64,000 bases of DNA, taken from Promethearchaeota archaeon. Lineage in GTDB: Archaea > Asgardarchaeota > Lokiarchaeia > Sigyniarchaeales > SOKP01. Positions 20,169 through 27,788 of the stretch are shown one piece after another (the stretch's first letter is position 1; the number at the start of each line of letters is the position of its first letter). The notes under the pieces are model-generated. The model was not told the DNA's origin, did no database searches, and saw only the letters and a list, made by a program, of their open reading frames with translations. Both the position numbers and the translations under genes were made by a program. The stretch is from NCBI GenBank assembly GCA_048941265.1, contig JBHLNT010000002.1:20087-84086 (forward strand). Direction: 5' to 3'.

Positions 20169-21170
20169 TTATTTCTTCTTTAATCCTTTCATGAGCTCTT
20201 GTTGTTTTTTCGCTAATTTCTGCATCCCTTTGAATGTTTGTTCTCGAGCTACAGGTGTCATATATTTCATATCCTCAATAATCTTCTTAGTGCTTTCTTG
20301 TATCCTGGAGAAAAATATTTTCTGATCTTCAGGATCTAATTGTCTTATGATATTAAAGTATTTTTCCATTAAATCTTCAGGATCTTGTGGTACCCTCCCA
20401 GATAAAAGTCCACCATCTACTTTAAGGGTTACTCCTGAAATAAAACTACTAGTATCTTCTGCTAGAAATAGGGCTGCATAAGCAATATCTTCCGGTAAAC
20501 CAGCACGTCTAATAGGCTGAAAAATGGCAAGAATTTCTTTAATAAATTCCCCAAATTTTACAGCTACTTCGGGGGATAAACCGATTCCTTGACCAAAAAT
20601 ACCAGTTGATATACCTCCCGGTGCGATTGCGTTTGCTCTAATTCCAAACGGTCCTAATTCCACAGCAGCAATTCGCGTAAGCTGTATAATTCCCGCTTTA
20701 GAAAGTGAATATGGTAGCGTGCCTAATCCCTGTTGAAAACCCGCTACGGAACTTGTAGTTATAAAACATCCTGAACCTTGTTTTTTCATAATTGGTATTG
20801 AATATTTCATAAATAAGAATGCAGCACGAAGATGAATAGCAACAGTGCGGTCAAATTCATCTGTCGGAACATCCTCAATTACTCCTACAGGACCGGGATT
20901 ACCAGCATTTGAAAATACGATGTCAAGTCTTCCGAATTTTTCTATAGCGAGATCAATAGCTTTTATTATATCGGCTTCCTGAGACACATCAGTATGAACA
21001 TAGATTGCATTAGGTCCAAGCTCCTCGGCTTTTTTTTCTCCCATTTCATCCCAAATATCAGCCATTACGACTCCTTTGGCTCCTTCTTCTATAAAGAGTT
21101 TTGAAGTGGCTCTTCCTATTCCACCGGCTGCTCCAGTTATTAATGCTACTTTTCCATCTAATCTTCCCAT
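20169..21170 (-). CDS. Short-chain dehydrogenase/reductase with a helical C-terminal extension
   Basis: TGAAGGIG, SNAG, catalytic YSLSK, NAIAPG and VDGG. Confidence 0.93.
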   Translation of the reverse strand: MGRLDGKVALITGAAGGIGRATSKLFIEEGAKGVVMADIWDEMGEKKAEELGPNAIYVHTDVSQEADIIKAIDLAIEKFGRLDIVFSNAGNPGPVGVIEDVPTDEFDRTVAIHLRAAFLFMKYSIPIMKKQGSGCFITTSSVAGFQQGLGTLPYSLSKAGIIQLTRIAAVELGPFGIRANAIAPGGISTGIFGQGIGLSPEVAVKFGEFIKEILAIFQPIRRAGLPEDIAYAALFLAEDTSSFISGVTLKVDGGLLSGRVPQDPEDLMEKYFNIIRQLDPEDQKIFFSRIQESTKKIIEDMKYMTPVAREQTFKGMQKLAKKQQELMKGLKKK

Positions 21171-21287
21171 AGATCAATTAAATGAATTATTTATTTAATA
21201 CTTTAAGAAGAAGACTTGTTAGAAACTTAATGGTTTTCTCTGTTATTTTGTCTCTCTCTTATGTTATATATAATTTTGTGATAAGTG

Positions 21288-21348
21288 ATTCAAAATAAAA
21301 TTCTATTATTTAATTTTTTGAATATAAAAAGAGTATGTAATATGTTTT
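21288..21348 (+). repeat. 61-bp imperfect direct repeat, copy 2
   Basis: See copy 1 at 20074-20134; the two copies bracket the SDR gene. Confidence 0.85.
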
Positions 21349-21378
21349 AATAAAAGGTGAATAGAATTAGAAAAGTTT

Positions 21379-22152
21379 TTAGTTTCTATCTTTTTGCGCG
21401 ATTAAAGCTGCTCCAATGGCTCCTGTAAGTTGAGGATATTCAGGTCTCACAATTTCAAAACCCAATTCCTCTTCTAAATATTTTTTAACTGCGATATTTT
21501 TCGCAACTCCACCGCAAAAAACTAAAAGTGGGGCGACTCCAATGCGTTTTGCCATTCCTGCTACTCTTCTCGCAATTGATTTATGTATTCCGCCAGCGAT
21601 TTCTACCTTAGAGATCCCTCGGGCAAAGAGAGATATAACCTCACTTTCAGCAAAAACAGTACAAGTAGAACTAATGGATGCTGGTTTTTTCGAGTTTAAA
21701 GCTAATTTCCCGAACTCATCTAAGGATACATCAAGAGCGTGGGCCATAACTTCTAAAAATCTGCCCGTTCCTGCCGCACACTTGTCATTCATCTGAAAAT
21801 CAATGACATTTCCACTCTTTTTTGAAATAACTATAGCCTTACTATCTTGACCTCCTATATCAATTACAGAATGTGCTTCCGGGAAGAAATATTGTACCCC
21901 TTTGGCATGTGCTGTAATTTCAGTAATGCGATCATCAGCAATATCGATTGAATTTCTGCCATATCCCGTCGACATGACATACACATCAGACTTTTTTAAA
22001 TTATTTTTCTCTAAGATATCATCAAATAAATTATGACCAATTCTTTTAAAATCATGAGTGGATCTATCTATACGAAAGTCAATTAAAGTACTATTATCTA
22101 AGAGCACAACTTTTGTGGCCAAGGACCCTATATCTATTCCAATAGTTTTCAA
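21379..22152 (-). CDS. CoA-substrate-specific enzyme activase (HgdC / BadF-BadG-BcrA-BcrD ATPase)
   Basis: GIDIGS, TGYGR, DIGGQDSK, MNDKCAAGTGRFLE, STCTVFAESE and GGVAKN; TTG start. Confidence 0.95.
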   Translation of the reverse strand: MKTIGIDIGSLATKVVLLDNSTLIDFRIDRSTHDFKRIGHNLFDDILEKNNLKKSDVYVMSTGYGRNSIDIADDRITEITAHAKGVQYFFPEAHSVIDIGGQDSKAIVISKKSGNVIDFQMNDKCAAGTGRFLEVMAHALDVSLDEFGKLALNSKKPASISSTCTVFAESEVISLFARGISKVEIAGGIHKSIARRVAGMAKRIGVAPLLVFCGGVAKNIAVKKYLEEELGFEIVRPEYPQLTGAIGAALIAQKDRN

Positions 22153-22240
22153 TGTTAACTTTTCTCGCTTGTAATTTATAAAAGGGAAAATGAAGTCCTA
22201 AAAATAAATTTTTTGATATAAAATGGAAATTACTGTATTA

Positions 22241-22969
22241 TTATCCCAAAATTAAAACCGTAATTATTATTGTTAAAGAAAAGGCAGCAACCATTTGCAA
22301 AATATTCTTAGGAATGGACTCTTCGGAGATATACCCTAAAAATATCCCTAAAAAGATAATACAGATAAATATGATTACAAAAGAAGTGATAAAGCAGGTC
22401 AATCCTGCCTCTTCTACGAAGAAAAATGGAAGAATCGCCACAATTCCCCCCAAAAATGGACTAATTCCATTAACTATTGAAACGATAATTCCCGTAAAAG
22501 TTTCCGCTTTTTCATGGAGGGTTTTAGCTTTTTTTTCCATTCTTTTTCTTTTAAGTGAATATTTTCTTTTTCTAATGGTATTTCTTTTATTTACGGGTAT
22601 AACCATTGCTTTCTGAATTTCTTCCACCTCATTTTCCATAGAATCTTTTGCTTCTTGTTCCTCCTCTTTTTCAACAATGATACCCATTGCACGTTCTAAC
22701 TCCTTCCTTCCTTTTTTTTGCTCCGCCTTTTCAGAGAGATAGGAACCAGAAATTCCTGATATTAACATTGAAATTGACGTTCCCATGCCTGTTAATATCA
22801 CATAGGAAGATAAGATAGGTTGATTTGGATTTTGAAGTAAGAAAACTAAGAAACCTAACAAAATCCCCATAATTGTGAGCATTCCATCATAAAAATTATT
22901 AACAAAATACCTCCGAGCAATTTGAGAATAATTTGTTATCTCGTTATATGTTTTTAGCTTTTTTATCAT
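22241..22969 (-). CDS. VIT1/CCC1-family membrane protein (putative Fe/Mn transporter)
   Basis: RRYFVNNFYDG, ISG..GSYLSEKAE and the five-TM layout with a charged cytoplasmic loop. Confidence 0.8.
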   Translation of the reverse strand: MIKKLKTYNEITNYSQIARRYFVNNFYDGMLTIMGILLGFLVFLLQNPNQPILSSYVILTGMGTSISMLISGISGSYLSEKAEQKKGRKELERAMGIIVEKEEEQEAKDSMENEVEEIQKAMVIPVNKRNTIRKRKYSLKRKRMEKKAKTLHEKAETFTGIIVSIVNGISPFLGGIVAILPFFFVEEAGLTCFITSFVIIFICIIFLGIFLGYISEESIPKNILQMVAAFSLTIIITVLILG

Positions 22970-23152
22970 TTTATGTTAGAAATTTTAAAATAATTGTCAT
23001 AAATATAAAGTAATATAAATGATATATTTTAGATTCTTTCTTTAAAACTATTAATTTTTTTAGTCACCTATAATATTATTAACATAAGCAGTAATAAAAA
23101 ATTTAAATTTACTGAAGATAATTAGGACTAAAAAAATTTTAATGCGATTGCT

Positions 23153-23788
23153 ATGAGCCATAAAATCAAAGATGAAATGATAACAATGCTTATTGAGCAT
23201 TCAAGAATTATATATGATGTAATAAGTGATATGTCGGTGTTTTATTCAGGCTGGGCTGAAAATTATCAAGGAAATAAGAAAAATTTGGATAAAAAAAAGG
23301 CAAAAATGCAATTATCTGAAGAAGATGCTGATGCAATAAAAATTAAAATTATCAAGGAATTCGGCGAAGCAGGACCTCAAGGATTAGGAGGATATTTAGG
23401 TCTAGTTTTAAAGATGGATAATGTGATAAATAATGCCCTTGAATTTGTAGATATTTTAGCCTCTATTGACTATAAAATAAATGATGATATAAAGAAGAGA
23501 TATCAGAAGTTACTAAATAAAATTATAAAAATGGTGGACGTTTTAAAATTGGCGATTAAGAATCTAAGAGACAATCGGGATGAAGTTTTTAAAAATACAA
23601 CTGCTATCCATGAAATTGAAAACCAAATTGATCTAATTTTTCGACAATTCTCTAATTATTTATATGAAGAGGAAGATCTTGAAATAAGAAAATTATTACG
23701 AATTAAAGATTCAATCATTATTTTAGAAGATTTAGCAGATAGGATACATGATATAGCAGATGAGGTTCGTATTTTATTATACAGCTGA
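23153..23788 (+). CDS. DUF47 / PhoU-like protein (phosphate transport regulator family)
   Basis: Repeated acidic metal motifs EEDAD...MDNVIN and IENQID...LEDLADRIHD. Confidence 0.8.
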   Translation: MSHKIKDEMITMLIEHSRIIYDVISDMSVFYSGWAENYQGNKKNLDKKKAKMQLSEEDADAIKIKIIKEFGEAGPQGLGGYLGLVLKMDNVINNALEFVDILASIDYKINDDIKKRYQKLLNKIIKMVDVLKLAIKNLRDNRDEVFKNTTAIHEIENQIDLIFRQFSNYLYEEEDLEIRKLLRIKDSIIILEDLADRIHDIADEVRILLYS

Positions 23789-23834
23789 ATCTTTAATAAT
23801 TATCTTTGCTTTCTTTTTTTATTTAAAGCAATTA

Positions 23835-25322
23835 TTAATAAATAGTTTCACCAGTGAATCGATTGACTTTTAAATGTCTAAATCTAGCTGTGGTAACTGC
23901 TGAAAAATCTTCAATCTTTGATATCTTATTAACAATTTCTTGAGGAAGTAAATAATTAGCTAGATGTATTATCATTTGCTTTGTCTCTATACAATTAAAA
24001 AGTTTTAAACTCTCGCAAGAGTAAAATATTTCGCTCAACAAATCATAATTTGTCTGTTGTGAAAAATTACATAATTCTAAATTTCTATAAATTCTAGATA
24101 CGATGCTTTCTAAAAGATCGAATTCTTTTAATTTATCGAGTGAATTTGCCATATAATTTGAGAAAATTACATAATATGTAGATTCAGAGGAGAAAAATCC
24201 GTCACGATATTGTTTTACTCCTTCAGGAGAAATTCGTGTATCCAATTCATCAAAAATCGATTTTATTTTTTGAATTTCAATCTTTTCATATAGATTAAGA
24301 AGATGATAAATTTTGAGAATAATAACTAATTGGGAAGTCTCTAAATTTTTTAAATATGAGGGTTCAAAGAATTTTGAATCAATTATGGTTATTGGTTTAA
24401 GCTGTTCTTCTGTTAACCATAGTTTTATAAGTTCGGTAGACTTGAAATAATAGTATACTTGATCTGTTGCCTCAATGAGGGGTGCTTCAAATTCATCAAT
24501 AATTTCTTCGTAGAGGTTCAATAAAAATTCATGCACTTTTTTTTTATCGAGTTTAATACCAAAACGTTTAGCCAAATAGATACCACAGAAGTATTGATCA
24601 GGATTTTTTAAGTTAACTAATGGAATTGATTCTAACCATTCATCAACATTATTTTTAATATAGTTTTTAATATGTGAAAAATCAAAAATTCTTTGCATAT
24701 AAACAAAATCAATAATCCTATAAATAAGATATATTAACTGTAATTTATCTCGAGGACTATCTAAGTCCTCTAGACTTTCTATTTTATTTTTATTTTCGCT
24801 AAATTTTTGAATAATATTTTCTTGAATTTGAATATATTTTCTTAAATTTTCTTTCTTCTTGGGATTTTGATCGTATGAATTTTTTAAATTTCGCAATTCT
24901 AAAATAAATTCAATCGGGAGAAGTCCCTCAGACTTTAAGTACAGCATTATTGCTCCTGTATCTATGTCAGCAAGATAATGAAAAATTTTCTCCAAAAAAA
25001 TTTCATATACAAGAGGAGCGATTTTTTTTTTATATAGGTCAATTATAGTAATAATTTCCTTTTTTTCATTTTTATTAATTATTAAGAAATGATTTGAAGT
25101 TTTATTTTCAAATTCATTTGGTTTAAAACCCAATTTAATAAATTCTTTTTCAAGTATTGATACTGATTCTTTAAGTTTTTTAGATAAATCATTATTTTTT
25201 TTTATTGATTCTTCAAAAATATTACTAATTTTATCTTGAAAATATCTATCGATTTTATCATAAAAAAATTCTTCTTGAGTAGAATACAATTCTAAGATAT
25301 TGAAGAGTCCCTGAAAAATCAT
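23835..25322 (-). CDS. Hypothetical 495-aa helical protein, paralogue of 3119..4606
   Basis: Same length and colinear conserved blocks as 3119..4606. Confidence 0.8.
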   Translation of the reverse strand: MIFQGLFNILELYSTQEEFFYDKIDRYFQDKISNIFEESIKKNNDLSKKLKESVSILEKEFIKLGFKPNEFENKTSNHFLIINKNEKKEIITIIDLYKKKIAPLVYEIFLEKIFHYLADIDTGAIMLYLKSEGLLPIEFILELRNLKNSYDQNPKKKENLRKYIQIQENIIQKFSENKNKIESLEDLDSPRDKLQLIYLIYRIIDFVYMQRIFDFSHIKNYIKNNVDEWLESIPLVNLKNPDQYFCGIYLAKRFGIKLDKKKVHEFLLNLYEEIIDEFEAPLIEATDQVYYYFKSTELIKLWLTEEQLKPITIIDSKFFEPSYLKNLETSQLVIILKIYHLLNLYEKIEIQKIKSIFDELDTRISPEGVKQYRDGFFSSESTYYVIFSNYMANSLDKLKEFDLLESIVSRIYRNLELCNFSQQTNYDLLSEIFYSCESLKLFNCIETKQMIIHLANYLLPQEIVNKISKIEDFSAVTTARFRHLKVNRFTGETIY

Positions 25323-25492
25323 TTTAAGAAAAATTACTCCATTTACTATAAAAATTAAAAAACTTTTACCATAAATATTTTATTTTTGTATAAAAAAAGA
25401 CAAGTATTAAAAAAAATCAGAAACTTAAGAGAAGTTTTCCTTCTTTTTCTTTTAAAATTGAGGTATATAAGGTTGTTTTTGCGATAATACTT

Positions 25493-27316
25493 TTAACTGT
25501 AAAAAGAATATAATTTGTGAATTAATCTATTTTTTATATTTTCAATTTTATCAAAGTCATCATTTAAAATTGATTTACCCATACTCAAGATATTATTTAA
25601 GAGCTCATTATCTAATAAATCTTCAACATAAATTCCAAGTTTATTTAGTTCTTTACCCTGATTATAAAGTATAAGCATAATTTTTATAATTCCCAATAAT
25701 TTTTTGAAATCTGTATAAACCTCTACCTCAGTAAAAGCATTTTGTATTAAAAATCCATTTCTAATAATTTTTGCGATAAATATATCGAAATTTTGATTCT
25801 CAAATTCATTACTTTCTCCTGTTATTTGAGAGACTAATTTAAGTTCATTTTCTTTACTTAAAATTTCATTTATCTGATTGCGACATTCAAACCAATCTAA
25901 ATCTATCTCATCCCATTTTATATCTCTTTCATTCCACCACTCTTTAAGATATTCTGGATAGTTTGAATATGAATTTAGCCAATCGATTGCAGGATATTGC
26001 TTTAAGTAAGCTAATTTAGAATCCAATGCCCAAATTCCTTGAACAACACGTTTAGTCGCTGCCGTAACCGGCTCATTAAAGTCTCCTCCTGGAGGAGAGA
26101 TAGAACCAATAATAGTTAAAGAACCTCTCATATCATTCCCCGATGGATCTTTCCCTAAAGTTTTAATTACTCCAGCGCGTTCGTAAAAGCTTGAAAGTTT
26201 TGAAGGTAAATAAGCAGGATACCCTTCCTCTGCGGGCATTTCTTCTAATAAACTTGATATTTCTCTCAATGATTCTGCCCATCTTGATGTGCTATCTGCT
26301 ATGATAGCAACATCATATCCCATATCTCGGTAGTATTCAGCTATAGTCACTCCTGAAAAAAGACTTGCTTCTCGTGCGGAAACAGGCATATTTGAAGTAT
26401 TAGCAATGACAATTGTTCGATTTATTAGCGGTTGCTTACTCTTAATATCAATTTTTTCCATAAATTGCTGTAAAATATTCGCAATTTCATTTCCTGGCTC
26501 TCCACATCCTATATAGATGATTATATCTGCATTACAACATTTAGCGATATTTTGTTGGATAACAGTTTTACCAGTTCCAAATCCTCCGGGAACAGCAAAA
26601 GTACCACCCATTGCTATTGGAAATAATAAATCAATTGTTCTTATTCCTGTCAGTAAAGGTTTATCTGGAGTTAGTCTCTTTTTAAACGGTCTTCTTTTAG
26701 TAATGGGCCATTTTTGGAGCATAAATAGAGATTTTTCCGCACCATTTTTTTTTAATCTATAAATTTCATCAATTATAGTATAATCTCCCTCTTTTGCTAT
26801 AAAGGATAATGTTCCAGAAGAATCATAGGGAGCTAAAATTTTATGCTCTATGGTTTGAGTTTCTCGAACAGTTCCAATTACATCTCCCCCTAATATTTTA
26901 TCATTAAGCTTTTTTTCGGGAATAAAATGCCACTTACTTTTCCGTGATAGAGGTTTGAATTCTGAACCTCTCTTTAAGGTACCTTCTCTATATTTTTGAA
27001 AAGTTAATTCTAAAGGTCTTTGAATCCCATCAAACACATGCGATAAAAGACCAGGTGCTAATTCCATAGATAAAGGTTCTCCCAAGGTAATTACTTCTTC
27101 TTTTAATTTTAAATTTGAAGTATTCTCAAAACATTGAGCAATTAAAGAATCCTTATTTATTTGAATTACTTCACTTAAAATATTGTGATTAACAATCTTA
27201 ATTAAATCATAAAGACGTACTTGTTTTTTTAAACCCTTTACCTCTATTAAAGTACCATGAATAGCAGAAATAAACCCATGATTTAAATTTTCTTCATATT
27301 CGGTCATTATCTTCAA
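25493..27316 (-). CDS. atpA: A/V-type ATPase subunit A, second divergent copy (GEPGNE variant)
   Basis: Walker [41 protein letters not shown] and QNAF; GCGEPGNE replaces GCGERGNE. Confidence 0.93.
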   Translation of the reverse strand: MKIMTEYEENLNHGFISAIHGTLIEVKGLKKQVRLYDLIKIVNHNILSEVIQINKDSLIAQCFENTSNLKLKEEVITLGEPLSMELAPGLLSHVFDGIQRPLELTFQKYREGTLKRGSEFKPLSRKSKWHFIPEKKLNDKILGGDVIGTVRETQTIEHKILAPYDSSGTLSFIAKEGDYTIIDEIYRLKKNGAEKSLFMLQKWPITKRRPFKKRLTPDKPLLTGIRTIDLLFPIAMGGTFAVPGGFGTGKTVIQQNIAKCCNADIIIYIGCGEPGNEIANILQQFMEKIDIKSKQPLINRTIVIANTSNMPVSAREASLFSGVTIAEYYRDMGYDVAIIADSTSRWAESLREISSLLEEMPAEEGYPAYLPSKLSSFYERAGVIKTLGKDPSGNDMRGSLTIIGSISPPGGDFNEPVTAATKRVVQGIWALDSKLAYLKQYPAIDWLNSYSNYPEYLKEWWNERDIKWDEIDLDWFECRNQINEILSKENELKLVSQITGESNEFENQNFDIFIAKIIRNGFLIQNAFTEVEVYTDFKKLLGIIKIMLILYNQGKELNKLGIYVEDLLDNELLNNILSMGKSILNDDFDKIENIKNRLIHKLYSFYS

Positions 27317-27334
27317 AAGTACGTTTCCTATTAT

Positions 27335-27769
27335 TCAAGTTCCTATATTTTCACCACAATTAGGACATTTTTTTGCAAATCCCGGGACAATTATTCCACA
27401 ATTACTACACTTACGAATAATTGGTTTGCGATATTTAGATTGAATATTTATAGTATCAATTCTCCTTTGCTGAGGATGATATTTTTCATACACGCTTAAA
27501 AAATCTTCTTTGGATGTATTTTTTGAGTTATTTTTATTTTTCTTAAACATGGAAAAAAAAGGTTTACTTTTATCTCTGACTAACACGCCTATAAAAACTA
27601 AAGTTGGAAAAAGCATTATTAACAGGGCAAGTAAAAGAGAAGCCCCAAGGTTCATTAAAACAGTATATAATTCATATAGAAAAATTATAAATACAATTAT
27701 CGAAATTACTTTAATGAGATTACGTTTCCAAGACTTCTTTCTTTTTACATCAGTATTTACAACTGTCAT
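27335..27769 (-). CDS. Two-TM membrane protein with a C-terminal zinc ribbon
   Basis: Two hydrophobic helices and CSNCG...CPNCG; co-oriented inside the ATPase gene run. Confidence 0.8.
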   Translation of the reverse strand: MTVVNTDVKRKKSWKRNLIKVISIIVFIIFLYELYTVLMNLGASLLLALLIMLFPTLVFIGVLVRDKSKPFFSMFKKNKNNSKNTSKEDFLSVYEKYHPQQRRIDTINIQSKYRKPIIRKCSNCGIIVPGFAKKCPNCGENIGT

Positions 27770-27788
27770 GTTCTATTTAATTAATTTT

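Noticed and set aside
20074-21348. IS element or transposon carrying the SDR
   Set aside because: The repeats are direct and long rather than terminal inverted repeats, and no transposase or integrase is present.
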